Made by a program: the position numbers and the translations under genes. Positions 55,807 to 64,000 of a stretch of 64,000 nucleotides of DNA are shown here, in pieces; position 1 is the first letter of the stretch, and each line of letters starts with the position of its first letter. The notes below the pieces were generated by a model. It saw only the letters and a list, made by a program, of their open reading frames with translations, did no database searches and had not been told where the DNA came from. Origin of the DNA: an uncultured Rikenella sp. Its GTDB lineage: Bacteria; Bacteroidota; Bacteroidia; Bacteroidales; VadinHA17. The stretch spans positions 43,145-107,144 of the forward strand of contig CAZAVK010000003.1 of the NCBI GenBank assembly GCA_964488645.1, written 5' to 3'.

Positions 55807-58800
55807 CTATCTCCTGCAGAGGCCGCGGTAAGGGCAGTAGTCGCACCGGCGCCGGAAGGGTGTCATCACAAAATCCTCATCATCAGAGAATATCTTACCC
55901 AGTGAGAGGTTCAGTCCGGCGGCGAACTCAGCCATGAATGACTGCCACTCGCCTCTGACAGCTCCGGTACCGTTCAGTCCCGCCACATCAGCGTATGGCG
56001 AGAACTGCCCCGAACCTATCTGCTGTATCCAGTATATTGCCGGCAGTATCACCCTGTCAGGGTATGCCGGTCTGATCAGCGTGCAGTAGAGCAGTGTCTG
56101 CCGCAGGGCATCAGCCTGTCTCTCCCTGGTCTCATCGAAGAGCCCTTCGGCTGTGACCTTCTCCCTCCTGGGGGTGCCGGTCTTGTAGTCCACCACCCTC
56201 ACCACTCCGCCGGTGGTATCAATGCGGTCTGCCCTGCCACCCAGCCGTATGACTGTCTCTCCCCTGCCTGTTGCGACCGGGAATTCAGCTTTCACCTCCT
56301 CCTCCAGGCCAAGCAGCCCGAGATCGGTGATTCTGCCGTCATACTCCAGCAGTACGCGCAGGTACCTCTCCATCACCTCGATGATAATCATCCCCTTGCC
56401 CGAGAGGAGTGTCTCCCTGTCCCACTGCATCTCGCGCATGGCGGCACTGATCAGCAGGTTCCTGATCTCCTCACGCCTTCCAGCCATCCCTGCCAGCCGG
56501 CTGCCCGCCCCGGTCACTCCCCTAAGCGGCTCGTAGATCGATTTCACTGCATCATGAAGTATGTTCCCGAACCGCCGGTGATCGATCTCGGTTCCCAACT
56601 CCTCCTCCTCGGGCATATCACATACATACCTGAAATAGAATCGCATGCGACAATAGAGCCAGGTGTTCACAGCACTGGGCGACAGGTACTTCCCCTCTTC
56701 ACGGTCACCGCTGTAACGGCTGAGCAGGCTGTCGGTATGGTGCTCCCTGCGGGCAATGGTTCCGGGCATCACGGCGCTGCGGCCGACGGTGATCCAGACG
56801 GTCTCACGCTCAGGAGCAAAGGAGGGAGTATAGACCATCCGTGCGAGGTAGCGGCTCATCTCGCCGCTGTTGAGGCCCTGTGCAGCCGAGTTGTAGAGGA
56901 ACCACCCCTTCGTGGGTCTGCGCAGCAGCCTGTAAAAGTAATAGGCGAATACCGCCTCCTGTTCATTGACCGTCGGCAGGCCGAAGGCACGCCTGATATT
57001 GTAGGGTATGAAGCTGTTGTCATAGGAGATGGCAGGAAATATTCCCTCATTCAGGGAGAGGAAGATGATATTGTCAAACTCCAGTGCCCTGGTCTCGAGC
57101 ACCCCCATCACCTGCAGCCCCTTCAGCGGTTCACCGGAGAAAGGGATAATCATCCTGCGGAAGATACGGTCAAGCAGCCTGATGCAGGTGTCGTGACCCA
57201 ATTCCAGGCTATGACTGCCGATCAGGTTTGATATCCTGACGGTTGCAGTGATTGCCATGCGCAGGTACTCGCGATCGGTGCTGTAGCTTACTCCCTCACT
57301 CTCAGCGCTGAAGGTAGCCTCCTCCAGCATCTCCATCACCCCGGTGAGGTATCCGGGCAGGGCGGCGCCTTCAGCCGGCACCTCAAAGAGTCTCCCCGAA
57401 GATCTCTCTCCGGAGAGTATCCCGGCACCGACCCTTATCATGTTACCCGATATGATCTTCCTGATCAGGGCGGTGCCGTCGTCGCCTGCCAGCAGCCGGT
57501 AGTACTGGTGGCGCAGGAGGGCTATGAGGTCGCTGCTGCGGAAAGAGACCATGCCGCTGCTCCTCCTGGCCGACCTCACCATCGTCATCAGCTGCCTGAG
57601 GAATGAGTAGAGCGGGGTGAGCCTGAAAGGGTGCCCCATGGTCACGTTGACATCCTCCACCGTTTCGGGCAGTGAGTCAATCAGCGGCATGAGCAGCTTC
57701 TCATCAGCCAGTATCACGGCTGTTGAGGTGAGATCCATACCTTTGGGAACGATCTCCTCCTCGAGCAGCCGGGCAGCCATCACTGCCTGTGCAGTATCTG
57801 ACGGGGTATCTATGATATGCCACCTCCCCCCCGCAGAGCTGGGAGCATGAGACCCTTCAGGTGAACCCGGAGGCCCTGCGAATGCAGATGGAGACTCCGC
57901 AGGTGAAACAGGAGGCTCCGCGAATGCGGCAGAAGACCCTGCAGGTGAATCCGGAGGACCTGCGAATGCAGATGGAGACCCTGCAGGTGAACCCGGAGAC
58001 CCCGCGAATGCAGATGGAGGCCCTGCAGGTGAGCCCGGAGGCCCCGCAAATGCCGCTGGAGATCCTGCAGGTGAAACAGCTGACTCCGCGCCGGCGGCGC
58101 AGTTGCCGAACACCTTCCTGTTTTCGGCTATGAAGAGTGAAGCCTTGTGCCCCGGCTCATCCATGAAGAAGTGGTCATCATCCCAGTAGAAGTCTGCCAC
58201 GCCCTGCTGTTTCATATAGAGAAAGAGTCTCTTCTCACAGCTGTTGAGGGCATTCAGCCCCGCTATGTGCCACCTTTTTCCCTCCGGCAGCTGCAGCGTG
58301 CCTGCCATCGCCTGCTCTGCCACCTCGCGGCAGAGCATCCCGTCGCCGGCCGCTCCCTCAGCAATCATCGCCTCCCGGAAGGCGGAGTAGAGCGTTGCCA
58401 GCCTCCCCCATACGTCGCGGAAGCGGGTGCGTGCCTGGCTCGTCTCCGCCCCCGCGGGGTTAAACGAGCTCCAGAAGCGGCGTACGATTGAGACCTGCTC
58501 GTCGGTGAGCCCGCCAAACCGTTCATCGATCTCCTTCATGTCAGAGATATTGGCATAGAGCTTAGCCGCATCTGCCATATAGAGGTCAATATCATTGAAA
58601 TCGCCGGCTATCACCTCTCCCCACGACCAGAAGTCATCAAAAGCCATCTCGCTGCCGTATAGCTCCCTGTAGACCCTATAGAGGGTGAATATCTGCCGGT
58701 CGGTATCTGCCGGCACCAGGGTTGTCATTGAGCGGAAGAGGTCGCTGACCGTCATCATGGCCGGTGCCCACATCGGTTTGTCACTGAGCCGTGCCAGTGC

Positions 58801-58911
58801 CCGGGTGAGCCAGAGGCCTGCCCGGCGGCTGGGCAGTACCACCACCTGCTGATCCATGCTGCTGCCGCAGCACTCATAAAGCCTCTTTGCCACCCTGTCG
58901 AGAAAGTTCAT
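55807..58911 (-). CDS. AddB-like PD-(D/E)XK nuclease subunit with an iron-sulfur cluster motif
   Basis: The C-terminal nuclease domain has CRMRFYF...RIDT...VVDYKTG...CDYCPYRGLC (C-x2-C-x5-C, as in AddB). I prefer the start at M12 (58911), directly after the upstream stop codon. It contains a 78-aa Pro/Ala/Ser tandem repeat. Confidence 0.75.
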   Translation of the reverse strand: MNFLDRVAKRLYECCGSSMDQQVVVLPSRRAGLWLTRALARLSDKPMWAPAMMTVSDLFRSMTTLVPADTDRQIFTLYRVYRELYGSEMAFDDFWSWGEVIAGDFNDIDLYMADAAKLYANISDMKEIDERFGGLTDEQVSIVRRFWSSFNPAGAETSQARTRFRDVWGRLATLYSAFREAMIAEGAAGDGMLCREVAEQAMAGTLQLPEGKRWHIAGLNALNSCEKRLFLYMKQQGVADFYWDDDHFFMDEPGHKASLFIAENRKVFGNCAAGAESAVSPAGSPAAFAGPPGSPAGPPSAFAGSPGSPAGSPSAFAGPPDSPAGSSAAFAEPPVSPAESPSAFAGPPGSPEGSHAPSSAGGRWHIIDTPSDTAQAVMAARLLEEEIVPKGMDLTSTAVILADEKLLMPLIDSLPETVEDVNVTMGHPFRLTPLYSFLRQLMTMVRSARRSSGMVSFRSSDLIALLRHQYYRLLAGDDGTALIRKIISGNMIRVGAGILSGERSSGRLFEVPAEGAALPGYLTGVMEMLEEATFSAESEGVSYSTDREYLRMAITATVRISNLIGSHSLELGHDTCIRLLDRIFRRMIIPFSGEPLKGLQVMGVLETRALEFDNIIFLSLNEGIFPAISYDNSFIPYNIRRAFGLPTVNEQEAVFAYYFYRLLRRPTKGWFLYNSAAQGLNSGEMSRYLARMVYTPSFAPERETVWITVGRSAVMPGTIARREHHTDSLLSRYSGDREEGKYLSPSAVNTWLYCRMRFYFRYVCDMPEEEELGTEIDHRRFGNILHDAVKSIYEPLRGVTGAGSRLAGMAGRREEIRNLLISAAMREMQWDRETLLSGKGMIIIEVMERYLRVLLEYDGRITDLGLLGLEEEVKAEFPVATGRGETVIRLGGRADRIDTTGGVVRVVDYKTGTPRREKVTAEGLFDETRERQADALRQTLLYCTLIRPAYPDRVILPAIYWIQQIGSGQFSPYADVAGLNGTGAVRGEWQSFMAEFAAGLNLSLGKIFSDDEDFVMTPFRRRCDYCPYRGLCRR
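57847..58080 (-). repeat. 48-bp in-frame tandem repeat, about 5 copies (16-aa unit PAGSPSAFAGPPGS-like), inside the AddB-like gene
   Basis: ctgcaggtgaacccggaggccctgcgaatgcagatggagac and variants are repeated. Translation: SPAGSPAAFAGPPGSPAGPPSAFAGSPGSPAGSPSAFAGPPDSPAGSSAAFAEPPVSPAESPSAFAGPPGSPEGS. Confidence 0.9.
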
Positions 58912-58913
58912 AT

Positions 58914-59873
58914 TCAGCTCTTTTTCCAGAGTCTCCCCTGCCATGTATCACGTTGCTGCAGCCTGCCGGCAAACATTCCGGCTATCTCGCTGCTGCGCAC
59001 CTTCCAGTCACGCGGGTCATCAAGCAGCCGTCGCGGCGCCTCGCCGCTGATACGGTCAATCATGATGGCCGGCGAGAGCCTCTCTGTGAACGAAACCACC
59101 AAGTCAAGGTATTCTTCGAGCGAGAAGAGACTGAACCGTTCAGGGTCACGGTGGTATTCGGCAGCCATAGCGGTATTCCGTATCAGCTGCAGCTGCCGTA
59201 TCTTCAATGATGTCAGCGGCAGCTGCGAGATCAGGTCTGCACTCTCCACTATCTGCTGCGGTCTCTCTCCCGGCAGCCCGAAGATCAGATGTGCCCCCAC
59301 GTTCAGTCCGCGTGCAGCGGTCTCCCGAATTGCCCTGACCGAGGTTGCGAAGTCATGCCCGCGGTTCACCCTCATTAGTGTCTCATCATTTACCGACTCA
59401 ACACCATACTCCACCGCCACGAAGTACTCATGTGCCAGCAGTGCCAGCCTGTCGAGCAGTTCGTCATCCACACAGTCAGGACGCGTTCCTATAACGATGC
59501 CTGTCACCGCAGGATCACCGAGTGCCTCGGCATAGAGTGCCATCAGGCTGTCAAGGTCTGCGTAGGTGTTGGTATATGCCTGGAAGTAGGCAATGAAACG
59601 GTATGCCCTGCGATATCTGCGGCGGTGAAACTCTATCCCTTCGGTTATCTGCCCGGTTATGCTCTTCTCCGGTGTGCAGTAGGCGGGCAGGAAGGCCTCA
59701 TTGTTGCAGTAGGTGCACCCGCCCGCCCCCAGGGTGCCGTCGCGGTTCGGACAGGTGAACCCTGCATTTATGCTCAGTTTCTGTACCCTGCCCCCGAAGA
59801 GCCTGGTGAGCCAGTCAGCATACGAGTTGTACCTGCGGTCCTGCTGCCACTCATATTTCATCCCGCCGCTCAT
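58914..59873 (-). CDS. TIGR01212-family radical SAM protein (YhcC-like)
   Basis: VQKLSINAGFTCPNRDGTLGAGGCTYCNN is the characteristic CPNRDG...GGC.YC motif. ATGA overlap with the upstream AddA-like gene. Confidence 0.8.
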   Translation of the reverse strand: MSGGMKYEWQQDRRYNSYADWLTRLFGGRVQKLSINAGFTCPNRDGTLGAGGCTYCNNEAFLPAYCTPEKSITGQITEGIEFHRRRYRRAYRFIAYFQAYTNTYADLDSLMALYAEALGDPAVTGIVIGTRPDCVDDELLDRLALLAHEYFVAVEYGVESVNDETLMRVNRGHDFATSVRAIRETAARGLNVGAHLIFGLPGERPQQIVESADLISQLPLTSLKIRQLQLIRNTAMAAEYHRDPERFSLFSLEEYLDLVVSFTERLSPAIMIDRISGEAPRRLLDDPRDWKVRSSEIAGMFAGRLQQRDTWQGRLWKKS

Positions 59874-62800
59874 GCCTCTTCAATAATAGTTTTGTCCACA
59901 TACCAGAGGTATGATTTCACGTTGCGGTATCCCATTCCCCTCAGCAGCTCCCGGTATACTGCAGCCTGCTTTCGGTGCTGCGGTACCGGCTCGCCGAACT
60001 TATAGTCGACCGCAGTGATGGCATCACCGCTGATCATAACCCTGTCGGGTCTCCTTGCCGTTCCGGAGGGCAGAATCACTGAAGCCTCCGTCATTACCCG
60101 GCAGCTCCCATCGAACCATTGCCGCACCCTCTCACCGGCGATCATCTCCTTCAGCCGTTTAACGGTACCGCTGCGTCTCTCTTCCGGCAGCCGTCCATTG
60201 CGGCAGGCGCGGTCTACGGCCCGCTCCACATCATCAGCCGTTACAATGCTGCTCAGTATCTCATGCATAACTATCCCGTAGGCCCTGCCCCCCGGTTCAA
60301 GCAGTTTCATCTCATCAGCCGGCACGGTGCCGCCCGTTCTGAGCCTGAGGCCGGTACGCGGCGGAGCGACACGGTAGCTGCTGATCCCCCTGTGTGCCGC
60401 AGGCTCATCATGATCAATGACCGGCATCTCACCGCACTCAATCGTTATCATCTCCTCTCCCTCACTCACCCTGAACTCATCGGGCAGTTCACGGAGCGAA
60501 TCATTGAGCAGATTCGCGGTACTGGCCTTCCTGCCCGGGGCAGATGACCCGGTATCGGGTGCCATAACCAGCAGGACATCAACAGCCCTGGTGAAGGCCA
60601 CATACATCAGGTTCACCGCATCGAGCCATTCGGAAGCCTTCTCCAGGGCAGCCTCGGCAGCAAAGAGCGAGTCATCGAGGCGTGCGGTGAACTCAGGCAG
60701 TACCGCCGGCATGGGCCTGAATGGTGCAGGTACATCGGTGATCCACAACAGCCGGCTGGTGAATCCCCGCCTGGCGACCTCCCACCCTGCGAAGGGTACA
60801 ATCACAACTTTCCCCTGAAGTCCCTTCGCCTTGTGTATCGTCATGATTCTCATTGCCTCCTGACGTTCTGACTGGCTGATGGTGCTATGACGCCCCTCCT
60901 CATCCCACCACCCGATGAAGGCCGACAGATCCGAGCTGTAACGGCTGGTCCAGTTGAGCACCACGTCACGGAAAGCTGCTATATAGGCAATGTTCGCACT
61001 CTTTTCTCCCAGCCTGAAGAAGCGTATCATGCTTCCGACAGCATTGCTGAGAGAGAGGTTTCGTAATCCCTCCAGCTCCTCCTCCCATCCGTCAGGCAGG
61101 ATTCTGCCTGTCTCGCCGGCCTCGTCTCCCGCATATAGATCAGGGTCTCCTCCGCCGTTTGCCAGTACGTATGAGCGTACCATCTGGCTGCGGTTGATCC
61201 TGCTCTCAGGGTCGGCCAGGTATCTCAGGCATGCAACCATCAGGGTGACTGCCGGGTTGCGTTCCAGCAGCAGCGACTCACCCGAGGTGACCTCATAGTT
61301 GTATCTCCTCCGCTTCTCCGGGGGGGCGGCGGCGCTGTACTCGAGGATGCGGCTGATAATGCTCTTTCCCTCCTCATTCGTCCGGCAGAGGAAAAGGATA
61401 TCACCGGCGCGGCAGCCGTGGTCCTGCAGCTCTTCGATCACCGCAGGCAGTTCATGCAGCACTCTCTCCTTCCAGCCTTCATCCTCCCGCTCCCTGAAGA
61501 GTGTCACCCTGACCCATCCGCCCGGCTTCTCTTCTGTGCCTTCCTGTTCCGATCCCTTGTAGATATCTTTTATGCTCAGGCGGTCGGTCTGCAACCTTTC
61601 GTCGCACTGTGCCGGTATCGCGTCAGGGCGGAAGAGCAGGTTATTGAACCTTATGATATTGAGTCTGCTGCGGTAGTTGGTCTGCAGTTCTACTGTCTGC
61701 ACCGCCTCCTCTCCGAAGGCTGCCGCCGCCTCACCGTGTATTATGCGCCAGTCGCTGTTGCGCCAGCGATAAATAGACTGCTTCACGTCTCCCACCACCA
61801 GGTTGTCCATCCCCCGTGAGAGCGTCTCGGCCATCAGCGGCCTGAAGTTGTTCCACTGTATCCGTGAAGTGTCCTGGAATTCGTCAATGATGTAGTGATC
61901 ATATGCCGCGCCTATCTTCTCATAGATGAACGGGGTATCATCATCGGCTATCAGCCTGCTTATCAGCTCTCCCGAGTCTGACAGCAGGAAGAGGTTACGG
62001 TTGTGTGCCTCCTCGCGCACCTGCTGGCTGATTGCTCCCAGTATCCCCATCACATGTATGGTTCGCATCTGTGCCATTGCGGCGTTGTATAACGGATACT
62101 GCTCATCGAAGAGGCGCGATATTGACTTCACCACCCTGCCGAGGCCCTGCTCCATGGCGCTCCCGAATGCCTGTACCGTGTCCGGCGGAGCGCCTGCGGC
62201 ATGGTACTTCCCCTCGTCGGCCGCCTTGTTCCAGGTAGCACCCGGACTGGAGAGATCACCCCGGGCATATTTCTCCAGGGCTGCCCCCACTCCTCCCCTG
62301 CTTTTTGAGAGGAAGTCATCAGGGGTCAGTCCGCACCCGGTAAATATCCGCACCCCCTCTTCTGCCAGGCCGATCAGCTCTGACTCAAACGCTCTCCTGG
62401 CGGCGAACACCTTTCCCGCATACTCAGCCATCACCCGGTAGTCACCGATCATATCGCGCTCCGCATCGGTCAGCTGCCGGAACTCCTCCCTGAAGACCTC
62501 GCCGGCTATCTCCATGATCTCGCGCCTGATATCCCAGCCCTTGCTGTCATCAAGGCGTGATGCAACGTATGACGAGATCCAGCCGAGCAGCTTCGGGTCG
62601 CTGTCGAGCCCGGCCAGGAGGTCATCCACGGCATCAGAGAGGATAGTCTCATGCTCAAGCTCAATCTCATACCCTGCCGGGATATCTATCTCACGGGCGA
62701 ATGCCCTGATCACCCGCTGGAAGAAGGAGTCGATGGTACCCACCGCAAAGCGGGAGTAGTCCTGCAGGATATTCTCCAGGGCCTTAGGCGCGTTTCTCTT

Positions 62801-63103
62801 CACTGTAGCCTCAGCCTTATGGCGGTCAGGCCACACTGCAGGGAAATGACGGTTGAGATACTCTGCAAACCGGCTTCGCTCAGCAGCACCCTCGGGGGTA
62901 TCAAGCCCGAGCAGGTAGAGCCTGCGAAGGATGCGATCCTTCATCTCGGCTGCAGCCGCATTGGTGAAGGTGACCGCCAGTATGGCACGGTATTCACCGG
63001 GATCATGAAGCACCCTGGAGAGGTAGAAGGCGGTCAGTGCATGAGTCTTTCCCGTGCCGGCAGAGGCACTGTATTTCAATAGTTTGCCCGGTGAATTCAT
63101 CAT
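59870..63103 (-). CDS. AddA/UvrD-like helicase-nuclease subunit
   Basis: ASAGTGKTHAL (Walker A), IIDEFQDTS, and VGDVKQSIYRWR. The C-terminal PD-(D/E)XK module reads RPDRV...AVDYKFG. Confidence 0.8.
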   Translation of the reverse strand: MMNSPGKLLKYSASAGTGKTHALTAFYLSRVLHDPGEYRAILAVTFTNAAAAEMKDRILRRLYLLGLDTPEGAAERSRFAEYLNRHFPAVWPDRHKAEATVKRNAPKALENILQDYSRFAVGTIDSFFQRVIRAFAREIDIPAGYEIELEHETILSDAVDDLLAGLDSDPKLLGWISSYVASRLDDSKGWDIRREIMEIAGEVFREEFRQLTDAERDMIGDYRVMAEYAGKVFAARRAFESELIGLAEEGVRIFTGCGLTPDDFLSKSRGGVGAALEKYARGDLSSPGATWNKAADEGKYHAAGAPPDTVQAFGSAMEQGLGRVVKSISRLFDEQYPLYNAAMAQMRTIHVMGILGAISQQVREEAHNRNLFLLSDSGELISRLIADDDTPFIYEKIGAAYDHYIIDEFQDTSRIQWNNFRPLMAETLSRGMDNLVVGDVKQSIYRWRNSDWRIIHGEAAAAFGEEAVQTVELQTNYRSRLNIIRFNNLLFRPDAIPAQCDERLQTDRLSIKDIYKGSEQEGTEEKPGGWVRVTLFREREDEGWKERVLHELPAVIEELQDHGCRAGDILFLCRTNEEGKSIISRILEYSAAAPPEKRRRYNYEVTSGESLLLERNPAVTLMVACLRYLADPESRINRSQMVRSYVLANGGGDPDLYAGDEAGETGRILPDGWEEELEGLRNLSLSNAVGSMIRFFRLGEKSANIAYIAAFRDVVLNWTSRYSSDLSAFIGWWDEEGRHSTISQSERQEAMRIMTIHKAKGLQGKVVIVPFAGWEVARRGFTSRLLWITDVPAPFRPMPAVLPEFTARLDDSLFAAEAALEKASEWLDAVNLMYVAFTRAVDVLLVMAPDTGSSAPGRKASTANLLNDSLRELPDEFRVSEGEEMITIECGEMPVIDHDEPAAHRGISSYRVAPPRTGLRLRTGGTVPADEMKLLEPGGRAYGIVMHEILSSIVTADDVERAVDRACRNGRLPEERRSGTVKRLKEMIAGERVRQWFDGSCRVMTEASVILPSGTARRPDRVMISGDAITAVDYKFGEPVPQHRKQAAVYRELLRGMGYRNVKSYLWYVDKTIIEEA

Positions 63104-63177
63104 GTGAAAAATAGTGAAAAATCTATCTCATCCGAGAACCGGCCGGAACTAGTTTTCAACATATTGAGTTAAAGCCT

Positions 63178-63185
63178 TACTTTTG
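63178..63185 (+). promoter_or_regulatory. -7 promoter box TAnnTTTG (TACTTTTG) only 4 nt upstream of the mnmA ATG
   Basis: An exact match in ccttacttttgctgcATG. Confidence 0.5.
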
Positions 63186-63189
63186 CTGC

Positions 63190-64000
63190 ATGAAAGGGAA
63201 GGTTGTCATAGGGCTGTCAGGCGGGGTAGACTCGAGCGTGGCTGCATGGCTGCTGCAGGAGCAGGGGTATGAGGTGGAGGGTATCTTCATGATCAACTGG
63301 CATGACAGCCGCGGCCTGCTGAAGGGTTACTGTCCCTATGATGAGGATATCACCTTTGCCGAGATGGTGGCCCGGAAGCTGAAAATCAGGCTCCGTGTTG
63401 CCGATCTCAGTGATGAATACCGCCACCGCGTGGTTGATTATATGTTCAGTGAGTATAGTGCCGGCCGCACTCCCAATCCTGACATTCTGTGCAACCGCGA
63501 GATCAAGTTCGACTCCTTTGTGCGTGAGGCCCGCAGGCATGGTGCCGAATATATTGCCACCGGGCACTACTGCCGCAATGAGCAGACGCTGGCCGGAGGG
63601 GTTAAGGTCAACCGGCTGCTTGCCGGTATTGACCGTGCCAAGGACCAGAGCTACTTCCTCTGCCAGGTGGGTCAGCATCAGCTTGACAACGTGCTCTTCC
63701 CGCTGGGCGGGCTCACCAAACCCCGTGTGCGTGCCATAGCCGCTGAGCTGGGTCTGGCCACCGCCGTGAGGAGAGACTCGCAGGGTATCTGCTTTGTCGG
63801 CAAGGTTGACCTGCCCACCTTCCTGCAGCAGCAGCTGGAGGCGAGAAGAGGTGACATAATCTATGTTCCCGACGGCACTCACTTTACCATCTGGCCCGAC
63901 GGACTGCCTGCAGATACGCCTGATGATGAAGAACTGGCTGCCATGGCAGCCCCTCACATACTGAGGAGGGATGAGGGCAGGATTGCCGGTGAACACAACG
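63190..64000 (+). CDS. mnmA: tRNA 2-thiouridine(34) synthase MnmA; N-terminal ~270 codons, open at the window end
   Basis: Absent from the ORF track because no stop codon falls in the window. From ATG 63190 it reads MKGKVVIGLSGGVDSSVAAWLLQEQGYEVEGIFMINWHD (PP-loop SGGVDSS), and TPNPDILCNREIKF is in frame at 63469. Confidence 0.85.
   Translation, partial: MKGKVVIGLSGGVDSSVAAWLLQEQGYEVEGIFMINWHDSRGLLKGYCPYDEDITFAEMVARKLKIRLRVADLSDEYRHRVVDYMFSEYSAGRTPNPDILCNREIKFDSFVREARRHGAEYIATGHYCRNEQTLAGGVKVNRLLAGIDRAKDQSYFLCQVGQHQLDNVLFPLGGLTKPRVRAIAAELGLATAVRRDSQGICFVGKVDLPTFLQQQLEARRGDIIYVPDGTHFTIWPDGLPADTPDDEELAAMAAPHILRRDEGRIAGEHN

Noticed and set aside
56554-57231. Long alternative-frame or antisense ORFs inside confidently assigned genes. 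Examples are 56554-57231, 4752-5435, 24410-24994, 25594-26154, 45710-46354, 9174-9734, 27715-28493 and 52427-53017.
   Set aside because: Each lies wholly within a gene whose other-frame translation has strong family motifs. The translations are Arg/Pro/Ala/Ser/Gly-rich with no recognisable motifs, as expected from stop-codon depletion in GC-rich DNA.
63217-63996. The 259-aa ORF on the minus strand.
   Set aside because: It is antisense to a clear mnmA reading frame (PP-loop SGGVDSS, NPDILCNREIKF) that is missing from the ORF track only because it has no stop codon in the window. The minus-strand translation is low-complexity and typical of GC-rich antisense frames.

Overview
This is a chromosomal, mostly housekeeping segment from a GC-rich member of the Bacteroidota. 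The phylum call rests on repeated exact TAnnTTTG -7 promoter boxes in front of genes, lptD/amidase/mlaD and recF-DUF721 synteny, and Bacteroidota-style signal peptides. I call about 52 protein genes and one RNase P RNA. I see no tRNA or rRNA, no CRISPR array, and no transposase, integrase or phage genes.

Gene content:
- Replication and repair: rarA, dnaX, dnaA, ligA, recF, a DUF721 protein, and an AddA-like/AddB-like pair.
- Translation: argS, rpsF-rpsR-rplI, queA, truA, and a partial mnmA.
- Export and envelope: ffh, secA, lptD-like, an amidase with a SPOR domain, mlaD, and two FKBP lipoproteins.
- Metabolism: folD, aroE, comA-like, an aldehyde dehydrogenase, ltaE, galK, ribH, ndk, and ferritin.

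The most unusual locus lies at about 18.3-24.1 kb. It is an AmmeMemoRadiSam system (function unknown in any organism) that appears to be exported. The Memo-like and AMMECR1-like parts are fused behind a Sec signal peptide. The radical SAM enzyme carries a Tat-type signal if it starts at a TTG. A roughly 16-17-TM protein with a degenerate spermidine-synthase-like domain sits between the two, translationally coupled to the fusion gene.

Other points worth a second look:
- An A10 slippery run in dnaX at the expected gamma/tau branch point, with a stop one codon into the -1 frame.
- Four different intergenic tandem-repeat arrays in the first 15 kb (periods of about 20, 32, 44 and 28-34 bp).
- In-frame minisatellites inside the amidase and the AddB-like nuclease.
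- A radical SAM gene translationally coupled between the AddA-like and AddB-like genes.
- An exported protein fusing a large unknown region to an FGE-like domain.
- A two-component pair with no input or output domain.

All calls come from reading the sequence and the ORF translations by eye. No database search or structure prediction was run.
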